Positions 32,129-46,487 of a stretch of 64,000 nucleotides of DNA are shown here, in pieces. The notes below the pieces were generated by a model. It was not told where the DNA came from and searched no databases. It was given only the letters and a program-made list of their open reading frames with translations. Made by a program: the position numbers and the translations under genes. How positions within the stretch are numbered: position 1 is the first letter of the stretch; each line of letters opens with the position of its first letter. Source of the stretch: an uncultured Planctomycetaceae bacterium (GTDB lineage Bacteria; Planctomycetota; Planctomycetia; Planctomycetales; Planctomycetaceae); assembly GCA_963815195.1 (NCBI GenBank), contig CAWFGE010000023.1, positions 1 to 64,000 on the forward strand, given 5' to 3'.

Positions 32129-33472
32129 TTATTCCCCGACCGCTTTGGGGCGATGCCGGGGGATTTGGGCTTTGAAGTCGCCCAGGCTTTGCCAATGCAG
32201 CGGCTGCCCGAGTTCCACGTCCGCGACCGCGACCGTGCCCCATTCGCCGGCTTTGGAGAGTACTTTGCCGTCGCGGCCGTAGATCGCGGAGATCATCCAG
32301 TTTTGCGTGGCATCGGTGTAGGTGCTGCTCGCGATATAGACGTGATTCTCCGCGGCTCGGGCTTGGGCCAACAGCGGATTGCAGCCCCACACCGGCCAGG
32401 CGATGATCTCCGCGCCGCGGTTTCCGAGTTCGCGGGCGACTTCGGGGAAGAAGCCGTCGTAGCAGACCATCATCCCGACTTTGCCGAACCGCGTGTCGAA
32501 CACGGGATAATCCTGGCCGGGCGTAATGCCGCCTTCGATCTCGCCGCGGGGCAGCGTGACCTTGCGGTATTTGCCGACGACCTCGCCGTCCGGACCGATG
32601 AGCACCGCCACGTTATAAACCAGATGCCGATCCCGCTCCAACAGCCCCGCGACGATGTAGAGATCGTGCTGTTTCGCGAGTTCGCCGAAGTACTTCGTGG
32701 ACGGACCGGGAACGGGCTCGGCACACTCCGCGTAGGTTTTTCCCGTGCCGTAAAAGGTCAGCGTTTCCGGCAGCACGACAAGTTCGGCCTTTTGCTTCGC
32801 GGCATTCTCGATCAGCGGGCCGAACTGCTCGCGTTTTTCTTTGGGTGTGGAGCCGGGCTGCGGGCGATAGTGCACCGTCGCCACACGCACCGTGCGCGAG
32901 GCGGGCGGTTCGGTTGGTTTGAGATTCACCTCGGCCCATTGCACTTCGCCGGCGGGCTCCCAGCGATACCACAGCTCGACCACGGCCTGCGTCGCGTCCG
33001 AGGGGGCGTGATAGATCCCCGAAACCTCGGTCCAACCGTTTTTGAGCAACTTCCCGTCGGCGGGAAATTCGGGTTCCGCGCGGGGCCGGTCTCCGGGGCG
33101 ATACGAGGCATACGAAGGCCGATCGCGGAGCACCTTTTGCCCCCGGTCGTTTTGCCAAAGGATCCGCGCGACGGCGACCCGGCGGGGCGTTTCCACGCCC
33201 ACCGTTCGCCGCAGGCTCGAAAACCGATAAAAATGCCCGCCTTGGACGGGAAGGGCTTTCTCCCAATATCCGACCAGACCTTCGCGGTCGTCGGCCCGAA
33301 TGACAAAACAGCCGCCCCCGTTCGGACCGCCCGCGGCGTCGAACTGAAACGCGGGCCGAACTTCGTCCCGCGGGGCTCTGGTCACCCATCCCTTGGGCAC
33401 CGGCTCTCCGGAATGCGCCAAAGCCGGAACGACAAGCAATACCGCGAGGCTCAAGAGACGGGAAACAGTCAT
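32129..33472 (-). CDS. Exported carbon-nitrogen hydrolase with an N-terminal beta-sandwich domain
   Basis: E-K-C triad in LPET, YRKV and VCYDG; signal peptide. Confidence 0.88.
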   Translation of the reverse strand: MTVSRLLSLAVLLVVPALAHSGEPVPKGWVTRAPRDEVRPAFQFDAAGGPNGGGCFVIRADDREGLVGYWEKALPVQGGHFYRFSSLRRTVGVETPRRVAVARILWQNDRGQKVLRDRPSYASYRPGDRPRAEPEFPADGKLLKNGWTEVSGIYHAPSDATQAVVELWYRWEPAGEVQWAEVNLKPTEPPASRTVRVATVHYRPQPGSTPKEKREQFGPLIENAAKQKAELVVLPETLTFYGTGKTYAECAEPVPGPSTKYFGELAKQHDLYIVAGLLERDRHLVYNVAVLIGPDGEVVGKYRKVTLPRGEIEGGITPGQDYPVFDTRFGKVGMMVCYDGFFPEVARELGNRGAEIIAWPVWGCNPLLAQARAAENHVYIASSTYTDATQNWMISAIYGRDGKVLSKAGEWGTVAVADVELGQPLHWQSLGDFKAQIPRHRPKAVGE

Positions 33473-33599
33473 GCTTCGGCCCTTCCTCTGGTTCGGGTCA
33501 TGGGGCGATCGCATCACGAGCGAGATGCAACCCCTCTGTTGTACCCGACACCCGGCCCCATTTTCCAGCGATGGGGAATGCGCCTGTGCGCGACTCGAA

Positions 33600-34881
33600 T
33601 CAAAAGCGGGCGGCGACGCCGAAGCTGAGGAAGTGCGTGCTGATCGTGTTCGTCACCGAGGAGCCGGGGATCGTTCCCACGGGTAGAACGATGGGACCGG
33701 TGCGGCTGATTTGCGGCATGTAGGAATACGCGAAATTGAGGGCGAAACGCTCGTTGACGTTCCAGGTCGTTCCCGCGCTGATCATGTGCTGATAAATCAA
33801 AGGCGAGGCGGTGTTGAAGAAGGATTCGCTGTTCTTGATCGGGTTTTGGTTGTACGTGTAACCCGCCCGCACGGCCAGCCGGTCCGTCACCTGCCGCTGA
33901 ACCCCGAGCGCCGCGGCCATCACGCTGCTCCAATCCACTCCCTGAAGCGCTCCGGCGGCGTCATAAATCGCCCGGTCGCCGAAGCCGTCGGTGTGGCCGT
34001 AGTCAAAATAGCGAACATCGAGCGCGATCAGCCAATTGTCAAAGCCCGTGTAAGCCGTGCCCACGGACACGATCAAAGGCAGGTCGAGATCGGCGCGCAG
34101 GACGCGGGGCGCTCCCGTCGCCGTTTGCCCGAAAAAGCGGAAGGTCTCCATCCACATGGGGCTTTTGATCGACGCCCCGAACCGCCAATCGCTGGTGGGG
34201 ACATAATAGATCCCGGCTTGCGCTCCGCCGCCCCAGTGATAGCGCGTCTCCCGGCCGGGGGAATACACTCCGTTGGCGTTCGGCGAGTCGAACACGAACG
34301 GTTCGATGCCGACCTGCCCCATCGTGACCACCGGACCGGCGGCCACGGAGATCTGGTCGGTCAGCGCCACCGAAAGCACGGATGCGACCTCGGAGAACGC
34401 CGCTTCGGAACTTACCCGCCCCAATCCCAAAGGTGCGGGGGCCAAAACCGGGTTCGTCGGATCGGCCGGCAAACTCGTTTTGAACCCTGCCACGGAGTTC
34501 ACCGCCAGCCCGAAGGTGTAGGCGGAGTTCGGCCGTTTATAAACCCAGGCCGCGTTGGGAATAGGAAACACCCCCGGCTCAGCCTTCGTGGTTCCGCTGA
34601 AGGGGCCGACGGTGGAGGAGACCTTGTGGTTCGTCAGCAGCAGGTCGAGTCCGAAACCGAGTTCCGACTGCGGGAGGCCGCTGATCGTCGCCGGGTTCCA
34701 GTACATGGCCCCCAACGCATCGATCGGGGCCGCCGTGGACGCCCCGCCCATGCCGCGGTTCACCGGCCCGCCCGCCGAGACGTAGGCTCCCTGCCCGAAA
34801 CTTTGGTTCGCAAGCGAAATCAACGCGATCGCAGCAACACACGCGATGCGCAGCGTTCCCGATTCGACAGATACTCTTCAC
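33600..34881 (-). CDS. OmpP1/FadL-family outer-membrane transporter (probable indel in the signal-peptide region)
   Basis: GMGGA, YWNPAT hatch motif, beta-strand periodicity, C-terminal F. Confidence 0.85.
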
Positions 34882-35285
34882 GTGGCCCCCCCGAGCAACA
34901 AATGTGATTCGGCAACCGCTTGAGGGATTTTCGACGGATATACCGATTTTCTTGAATCGATTGATAGGAAACGTTTTGCGATTCGTGCGAATCGTGCGGC
35001 CTCGCCCGATTCTTTTCGCATGCGGTTTTGCCTATGCGTCACCCGCCGGAATGTGTTAGACTGGCGTGACTCGAGATTTCCATATCGAATAAAAGTCCCC
35101 GGTTGTTCTCTGGCGGGATCTGCCGAACCGGGGCGGTTCCAATCGGAACTCAGGCGGCTCGTTCCATCTCTGGGCGGCGGGCCCCGGCCTCCGTTTCGTC
35201 GAGGCTGGACGTTTTTGCAATGCATTTGCGTTTTTACACCGGAGGGAGGAATCCGCTTCCTCCCGCGCACCGTGAGTTGGGAAGA

Positions 35286-37991
35286 ATGATGCTCCGAAAT
35301 ATCCTTTGTTTTGGCGGGTTCTTGGGAATTCTTTTGACGGAAGCTCAGGCGGCGGACCAGCCCGCTCCCGCCGTCGCCGAGCCTTCCACGTTTGCGTCCG
35401 ACCCACCGCCGGCTCCCGCGGTCGCCGAGCCTTCCACTTACCATGTGGATCCTTCCCCGGCGAAGGACGTGTTTCAATTCAGCTTTCGCGAAGCCCGCTG
35501 GGAGCGGGTCTTGACCTGGTTCGCCGAGAAAGCGGATCTCACGCTGGATTTGACCGACTTGCCGCCCGGCTCGTTCAACTATGTGGACGACCGCAAGCAC
35601 AGCGTGGCCGAGGCTTTGGATGTGCTCAACGGTTATTTGCTGCCCCGCGGTTACGTGGCGCTTCGGCGAAATCAATTCCTGGTCGTCTTGAAAACCGACA
35701 ACGCGATCCTCCCGAATCTGCTTCCCACCATTCCCGTCGAGAAGCTCGATGAATACGGCAACAACGAACTCTTGCGGGTCCTGGTCCCGGTCGAGGGGTT
35801 CAAGCCCAGCGAAGTCGCCGAGCAGCTGCAAACTTTCCTGGGAGCCTACGGGAAAGCCTCGCCGGTGGATGCGTCGCAGTCGGTGCTGTTGCAGGGCTTC
35901 GGGAAGAGCCTGCGGATCGCCGTCGCGATTCTCTCCCATGCCCGGGCCCCGGTGACGGAGAACGAACTCCAGTTCCGGGCATTTCCGCTCGAGCACATTC
36001 CCGCCGCCGATGCGGAACGGCAGATCCAAAAGCTGTTCGGCTTGGGCGGGGCGAACCCTTACGCCGCTTCGATGCAGAGGCGTCAATCGTATTACGACCG
36101 CCGCCGGGGCGATGACGACCGCAAGTCTTCCCAAAACCAAGGCCCGTCGCCTTTGATGCAAAACCTCTCCGCGAACATGAAAGTCTCTTCGTTGGGGCGG
36201 ACGAACAGTTTGCTCGTGGCGGCGACACCCTCGGCCGTGAAGCTCGTGGAGAATATCCTCCAATCGATCGACGTCGAGCAACCGGGGGGCAAGCAGGAAT
36301 TTCTCGACGACACCACGCCCGAGCTGCGGGTGTATATTGTCGACGAGGCGGACGAAGATGACGTCGCGGAGACCGTGAATGCGATTATGCCCGGCGTGGT
36401 CATCAACGAAGACGGCCGGCAGAATTCGATCCACATTTTCGCGACGCCCAAAGAGCACAAAGACGTCGAAAAGCTGATCAACATCATCGATCAGGGCGGC
36501 GGAGCGGGAGGCGGCGGCGTGGAAGTCATTCCGCTGGTTCGCTCCGATCCCTACATGATGGGCGATCTCTTGATGTCGCTGTTCGCCAACGAGGACCGCG
36601 ACGACCGCCCGGTCATCACGCCGGAACCCCGCACCCGCTCGCTCGCCGTGCGGGCCACCAGCAGCCAGATGGCCCAGATCAAACAGACGCTCGCCTCCTA
36701 CGGGGAGACGGGATCCTACCGCATGCAGACCGAGGGCGCTGCGAGCAGCCGGTTCCGCAAAGTCGCCGTGCCCGGCGGCCGGGCGGAATGGATCGCCCGC
36801 GCGGTCAAAGACCTGATGGCCGAGGACCGCGAGTTCGGAAATCCGATCCGCGTCGTCGTCCCCGCGGATGTCTCGGAGAAACCTTCGCCCGAAAGAAACT
36901 CCCTGCGGAGCGATCGGCGGTCCACCAGCAACAAAATCCGCATGGACCTGGGAGCCGGTCCCAGAAACGCCATCCCCGCGACGCAATTCGCCAGCGCAAA
37001 CGAAGCCCGAAGAGAAATCCGCTCGGGACAACAGCGACCCCGGCCGGCCGCGGGTGACGATTGAAGTCCAGAACGGCGAGTTGTTCATGTACTCGAGCGA
37101 CGGCCGGCGCTCGATCAGGTCGAAGAAACCGTCCGCGAGCTGATGCGGCACATGCCCGCGCGGACGAACTGGACCGTGTTCTATCTCCAAGCCGCCACCG
37201 CCGCGGAAACCGCCGAGCAGTTGGGGCAGCTACTCCAGGATGCAGCCAACCCCTACGTCGGCGTCGGCCTGCCGAGCGAAGCCGAAAGCACGCTGGGCTA
37301 CGGAGTGCAATCGGTGCGGCTGATTCCCGACTCCCGCACGAATGCGATTTTCATCAGCGGACCGGAATCCAAGATCAATCAGGCCGAGCGGTTCTTGAAG
37401 TTGCTGGACACGTCAGAATTGCCGCCGTCGATGCGGGAACGCATCCCGCGCACGATCGCCGTGGAGCACGCGGACGTGAACGCGGTCGCCGAGATGGTCC
37501 GCGAGCTTTACAAGGATTACATGGAAGACCCCAACGACCGCCGGCGGCAAATCCGCCGCGACGGCCGGCGAAGCGAAGAGGAAGAGCGGGCGATTCGCGT
37601 GGATGTCGAGCGGCAGGGCGACACCCCGCAGCCGGTGGGGATTCGCTTGACGCTCACCGTGGATGCCCGCGCGAACGAATTGATCGTGTCCTGCAACGAA
37701 TCTCTGTTCCAGCAGATTAAAGGTCTCGTCGAAAGCCGGGACCAGGCCGCGATGGAAACCCGGCCGCAGATTCAGATTCTGACGTTGGGCGAAGGCACGG
37801 GCGAGGCGTTGGTGGAATCGCTGGACACCCTGTCCCCGAAAATCAGCGTGGGCACGACCACGCCGACGGGTTCCAGGTCCTCATTTTCCAGCCGCACCAC
37901 CTCGCCCTCGCGATCCTCGTCCTCGCGAAGTTCCTCATCGCGTTCGCCCTCGTTCCGCTTCGACACCCGCAACAGCAACCGCCGCGATTGA
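35286..37991 (+). CDS. Secretin_N-repeat (GspD N-domain-like) protein lacking the secretin barrel (frameshifts near 36980-37110)
   Basis: FSFREARWERVL N0-like domain; repeats RTNSLLV, RQNSIHI, RTRSLAV, RTNAIFI, RANELIV; ends in a Ser/Arg tail. Confidence 0.75.
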
Positions 37992-38048
37992 AGAACGCGA
38001 TTTCAAAAGCAATATCGAACCAGAAATTTGCTGGTGAAGACGGCTCTT

Positions 38049-38708
38049 TCATCCATTTCGCCATACATAGGCCCGTTGTTTGAATCGGTTCTCGGCCGCA
38101 TTCATTTGATCTACGTCCGAGGTCAAATTGCGTAGCATCTCAATGACATCTATATAAAATGCATCACAATGTATCGTCCAAACCTCAGATTCAATTGTTA
38201 TTCCTTGGTATGGAAACGAATAGGAGGAGAAAGGGTTTTCAAGATCTTCTAATTCCTTGTCATTCCACCCGACCCCGTCATGAGTGGGATCGAATATCCG
38301 TGTGAAGAATACCTGTTTTGGCGCGTGTTTATCGAGAACACCAAGCGAATGTGCCATAGGGTTTCTTGCGATTTTGTAAAGCTTTTTGGGGAAATCCGTT
38401 ATTCCTGAAGGAGTATACGGAAAATAATCGCGAACCAAATCTTGAAATGCTTGGCCGGAGCCGTACTTGGAGCGAACACTGCCCTCCAATAGACTTTTGG
38501 GTTTGAAAATAGTGACGGAAAGACCGCTGATCAAGTTGGTAAGAGATGATACGATCGAATAATTACAGGCTGGTTCAATCCCGACGTCCGGCCTAGGCAA
38601 TTGTAGCATTCCCCTCACATCCGCAAATTGGTTGTCCAGGATCTGCCTTATAAAGTCCTGTACATTGATATTTTCACCTTTCACTACGGCCAACCGGCTC
38701 ACCCGCAT
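38049..38708 (-). CDS. AT-richer hypothetical protein with a HEPN-like RNxxxH motif
   Basis: LYKIARNPMAHS; codon usage unlike its neighbours. Confidence 0.6.
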   Translation of the reverse strand: MRVSRLAVVKGENINVQDFIRQILDNQFADVRGMLQLPRPDVGIEPACNYSIVSSLTNLISGLSVTIFKPKSLLEGSVRSKYGSGQAFQDLVRDYFPYTPSGITDFPKKLYKIARNPMAHSLGVLDKHAPKQVFFTRIFDPTHDGVGWNDKELEDLENPFSSYSFPYQGITIESEVWTIHCDAFYIDVIEMLRNLTSDVDQMNAAENRFKQRAYVWRNG

Positions 38709-38802
38709 AGCGTTGCTCCTTTTGAACGAAACCAGTCGTACGAGTTATAAGGCGGCTACGTTAGAATTGTACGACGGATGTGCTTTCATTCTTCATAAAT
38801 AT

Positions 38803-42728
<3,926 letters not shown>

Positions 42729-42816
42729 TTGGGGGAGAGGGTGGCACAAAGGGCGAATGGAGATTTGCTGTCTTCTTTTTCTATCAAATCATACTGAAAC
42801 GCCGACGCCTTTGGCC

Positions 42817-42978
42817 ATGCGGGAGCGGCGGATATCGGGGGCCGCGTTCAAGGCTAAGGTGGCGTCGGCGGCGGTCACGGGTGACAAGACGACGGCGTGG
42901 ACGCGACCCAAATCACGGTGTGGAAAAAGCCAACGGAAGGAGTGAGCGCGTGGCCGAAGGCGAGGTTTATGAACGGAT
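42817..42978 (+). pseudogene. Decayed, internally deleted IS3-family orfA relic (duplicated at 44078-44239)
   Basis: MRERRISGAAFKAKVASAAVTGDKTTA, then AEGEVYERMG in another frame. Confidence 0.6.
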
Positions 42979-43136
42979 GGGTGGCATGCTCATGGCTTTG
43001 CATGAGCATGAGTTTTGACGAAACCCTGGTTTCTCGGCATCGAAGACACGGCCCCTCAATCCAATGACAAAGTCACGTCACGGACTCATCGAACCTGCAG
43101 AAGACATGCTCATGCAAAGCCATGAGCATGCCACCC
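42979..43136. repeat. REPIN/MITE-like element with perfect 32-bp inverted arms (second copy at 44240-44397)
   Basis: gggtggcatgctcatggctttgcatgagcatg at 42979-43010 and its reverse complement at 43105-43136; each arm is internally palindromic. Confidence 0.88.
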
Positions 43137-43141
43137 TGCCG

Positions 43142-43318
43142 CTGAAGCGTGAACAAGGTGGTCATCGCTTCCAAAGGAGAGAGATTCCATTCCCCCGTTT
43201 GGAAAAAGTCCTCGAGCGCCTGTTGATGATCAAACCCACTTTGCTCCAGATAGGCATACCCATCAAATCGCAGAGCACAATGCGTGAGAATGTCGTGTTC
43301 GTCAAATGGTCGGTTCAA
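43142..43318 (-). pseudogene. 5' fragment of a hypothetical gene, truncated by repeat copy 1
   Basis: TTGA-coupled start; NRPFDEHDILTHCALRFDGYAY...LFTLQR then reads into the REPIN arm. Confidence 0.55.
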
Positions 43319-43752
43319 TGGACAACTCCCAGATGGTGTTCCGCGCAACCATGACAGACATGCTTCCCCTCCATCTCGTGGGCATGTTCAATGGGTGTCG
43401 GTCGCTGACAAAAGTGACAAGGCCGAATTTCCGCTTGCCGCGTCTGCCGGGCTTGATCGAGCAATTTTTGGAGTCGTTCATCCGAAAGCCGGGCGTGCGA
43501 AGCCCGTTTCCAAAATCGGCTGATCCCCACCGGACCGTGAGTTCCGTGCGTCCATTCCACGCTGGGAATACGAAACTCGATCGACTCGGGCGTGACCAAC
43601 ACAACCACACCCGGTTCGGTTTCCTGAATAATCTCAATGCAATCCCGCGTGCGAGTCACTTCGGGGGAGACAAGGAACGAAATCACACGAAGTGCGACAT
43701 CGGCAAAGGCCCGTTCATCGTTGTTGAGTTCGGAATAGAGATCAGTATCCAT
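43315..43752 (-). CDS. Hypothetical 145-aa protein with a C-terminal CxxC...CxxC zinc finger
   Basis: MDTDLYSEL...PCHFCQ...VCHGCAEHHLGVVH. Confidence 0.7.
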   Translation of the reverse strand: MDTDLYSELNNDERAFADVALRVISFLVSPEVTRTRDCIEIIQETEPGVVVLVTPESIEFRIPSVEWTHGTHGPVGISRFWKRASHARLSDERLQKLLDQARQTRQAEIRPCHFCQRPTPIEHAHEMEGKHVCHGCAEHHLGVVH

Positions 43753-43786
43753 GAGTGAGCGCCCTTCATTATTCAAATCGCCCGGA

Positions 43787-43947
43787 TCATTTGCCGGGAT
43801 TGGGTTGGTCTTCGTTCGTAATAAGGCCCTTGGCCAACTCCGCAAAGCGGGACAGTCGCTTTTGCTCTTGCTCAATGGACTCCAAGGAGAGAAACGTTTT
43901 GTCCGTTTCGAGACTGCTCACGGCATATCCGACATTGTCCTGCACTT
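43787..43947 (-). pseudogene. 3' fragment of an unknown gene at the edge of repeat copy 2
   Basis: Frame open from the junction: QVQDNVGYAVSSLETDK...NPGK*; no start codon. Confidence 0.45.
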
Positions 43948-44402
43948 GATGTCGCGTTCGAGTTGGGAGATGGAGGTTGTTTCAGACATTTGGGGGAGAG
44001 GGTGGCACAAAGGGCGAATGGAGATTTGCTGTCTTCTTTTTCTATCAAATCATACTGAAACGCCGACGCCTTTGGCCATGCGGGAGCGGCGGATATCGGG
44101 GGCCGCGTTCAAGGCTAAGGTGGCGTCGGCGGCGGTCACGGGTGACAAGACGACGGCGTGGACGCGACCCAAATCACGGTGTGGAAAAAGCCAACGGAAG
44201 GAGTGAGCGCGTGGCCGAAGGCGAGGTTTATGAACGGATGGGTGGCATGCTCATGGCTTTGCATGAGCATGAGTTTTGACGAAACCCTGGTTTCTCGGCA
44301 TCGAAGACACGGCCCCTCAATCCAATGACAAAGTCACGTCACGGACTCATCGAACCTGCAGAAGACATGCTCATGCAAAGCCATGAGCATGCCACCCTGC
44401 CG
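43948..44402. repeat. 455-bp direct repeat, copy 2
   Basis: Matches 42687-43141. Confidence 0.95.
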
Positions 44403-44529
44403 ACTCTGCGAATGACATCCTCAAGGGCCGGCACAAGGGACCTACGCTACTAAAAAACAGTCCTAACCTCAATCGAGTCGAGTAGCAGTAGGGCAGGCTC
44501 CCGCCGGCAGGAGATTGACCTATTGTCTA

Positions 44530-45534
44530 CTACTGGTCGATCCACTTGCGGAAGGCGTCTTCGTCCACGTTGCGGCCGCTCATGACGACCACGATGTCTC
44601 CCTCGCCGCTCAAATCGACTTGTCCCGACAACAGGGCGGCGGTGGTGATGGCACCGGAGGGTTCGGTTCGCAATCCGTGATGATCGTAGACCCATTTCAT
44701 CGCCCGCCGAGTTTCCCGATCGGGAACCGCGACCGATGTGCGAACCAGTCGGCTCAGAATCGGCCAGTTGTGCTCTCCCACGTCATAAGACAGCAAACCG
44801 TCGCAGATGCTCTGGGGATGCTCGATTCGCACCCGCTGTCCCGCCGCCAGCGATCTGGCAAAATCGTCGGCCCCGTCCGGTTCGACGCCGACGATTTGGG
44901 CCGCGGGAAAACCATCGGCAATCGCGAGCGCCTGCCCGGCCATCAAACCGCCGCCGCTGACCGGGCAGAGAAAATGCGAAATCGTCCGGTCCCCGGCCTT
45001 CAAATCGCGGACCACTTCCAATGCCCCCACGCCGTTCCCAGCGATCACGTGGGGATCATCATAGGGCGAAGCCTGAATCCCTTTCCCCTCCTCGGCAATC
45101 TCCCGCGTGATTTGGTCCCGCTGGCCGGTTTCGTGATCGGTGGAAATATCATAGGTGCGAATCTCCGCACCAAAGGACCGCGTGCGATCGAACTTCACCT
45201 GGGGCGCGGTCTCGGGCATCACGATGATCACCCGCTTGCCGAACCGCATCCCGGCATAGGAAATCCCCGACGCAAAATTCCCGGACGAGTGAGCCGCCAC
45301 CGGCCGATCCCCGATCTCATCCCGATGGAACGCCATCCAATTCAGCGCCCCGAGCAACTTAAACGACCCCACCGGCGTCCAACCATAATCCTTAATCCAG
45401 ACCCGCCGACCGTCCGCCAGCCCCAATGCCTTTTCCAATTCATAAGAGCGAATCAAAGGCACCGGAGAAACATGCGGCCGAACCCGCGCTTCGGCCTCGT
45501 GGACATCTTGGATCGTGGGAATGTATAAAGGCAT
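44530..45534 (-). CDS. PLP-dependent threonine/serine dehydratase family protein
   Basis: GSFKLLGA, SSGNF, PVSGGGL, EPSGA, SGRN. Confidence 0.9.
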   Translation of the reverse strand: MPLYIPTIQDVHEAEARVRPHVSPVPLIRSYELEKALGLADGRRVWIKDYGWTPVGSFKLLGALNWMAFHRDEIGDRPVAAHSSGNFASGISYAGMRFGKRVIIVMPETAPQVKFDRTRSFGAEIRTYDISTDHETGQRDQITREIAEEGKGIQASPYDDPHVIAGNGVGALEVVRDLKAGDRTISHFLCPVSGGGLMAGQALAIADGFPAAQIVGVEPDGADDFARSLAAGQRVRIEHPQSICDGLLSYDVGEHNWPILSRLVRTSVAVPDRETRRAMKWVYDHHGLRTEPSGAITTAALLSGQVDLSGEGDIVVVMSGRNVDEDAFRKWIDQ

Positions 45535-45623
45535 ATGGTGATTCAAATGAAAAGGTGTGGGGCGGGCTCTGCCGACTGCGAACGAGTTGCGACCTCGAAC
45601 TAAAAATTGGCCTACATCAATTG

Positions 45624-46475
45624 TTACCATTCCGGAAACTTGGACGTGTGAATGATAAATGCTCGGTCACCACGCTTTTTTCGATAAGGTTCATTGCGCT
45701 TGTAAAAGGCGAGTTGCTTCATCAAAAAAGGCTTCTCGAAGCCGCCGAATTTGAGAACAAAATCACTGTCCATCTCAAGAACCGCTTCTTGATAACGACC
45801 CAATTCCGCATAGACAGCCGCCCGAACGACTGCGTGCTGCCAACTGGCCCAACGGGCTTCGTAATCGCTTTGGGTCAGTTTCAACGCTCTGTCCCCATCC
45901 CGAAACTGCTCCTCGGGACACGTCGCAAGAAACCATGCGAGCGTCAGAACGGCCATTGGCTCCTTGGGATCGGCCTGGATCGCTTGCTCCAAACGTGTTT
46001 GTGCTTCTTCGTAGCGATCCAAGTAATACAATGCCTGCCCGGCAATTCCGTGAGCTAATCCCAAGCTATACTCTTTTGGCTCTTCGAAATCGCGTTTGAT
46101 AGTAATTCCCTCTCCTAACCGAATGGAGTCATTCGCCAGTTGGATTGCATCTTCATATCTCTGCTCCCCAATCGCCTCCATTGCCGTCCATAACATTGTC
46201 TCCGCTCTGGCATAGGCGTCTTCCAAGTGAAAGCGTCGGTTCTGCTTTTGCTGAAACTCCAAGTGAGTACCGAAGACACGGAGCGCCTGGACCATGGGCC
46301 ATGTTGACCCAACGGAAATTGCTATTCCCAAAATTGCACAAAGTCCACGCACTCCCGGATTGAGGGGTTTCCCGTTTTGCTCCTGTGTCCGTATTGCCTT
46401 GACCACCAAGACAATGCCCGCAATGAACATTGCAAGAAAGCCAAAGAATTTGAGCGTTTCCAGGAGAGCAACCAT
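45624..46475 (-). CDS. AT-richer TPR-containing membrane protein
   Basis: Two N-terminal TM segments; TPR-like helices; LAWFLATCPEEQFRDGDRALKL. Confidence 0.75.
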   Translation of the reverse strand: MVALLETLKFFGFLAMFIAGIVLVVKAIRTQEQNGKPLNPGVRGLCAILGIAISVGSTWPMVQALRVFGTHLEFQQKQNRRFHLEDAYARAETMLWTAMEAIGEQRYEDAIQLANDSIRLGEGITIKRDFEEPKEYSLGLAHGIAGQALYYLDRYEEAQTRLEQAIQADPKEPMAVLTLAWFLATCPEEQFRDGDRALKLTQSDYEARWASWQHAVVRAAVYAELGRYQEAVLEMDSDFVLKFGGFEKPFLMKQLAFYKRNEPYRKKRGDRAFIIHTSKFPEW

Positions 46476-46487
46476 GAGGAGTCTCGC

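Noticed and set aside
30593..33628. 1011-aa plus-strand ORF and similar long antisense ORFs (20845-22728, 22738-24552, 34878-37190, 40956-42797)
   Set aside because: Shadows of well-supported genes on the opposite strand.
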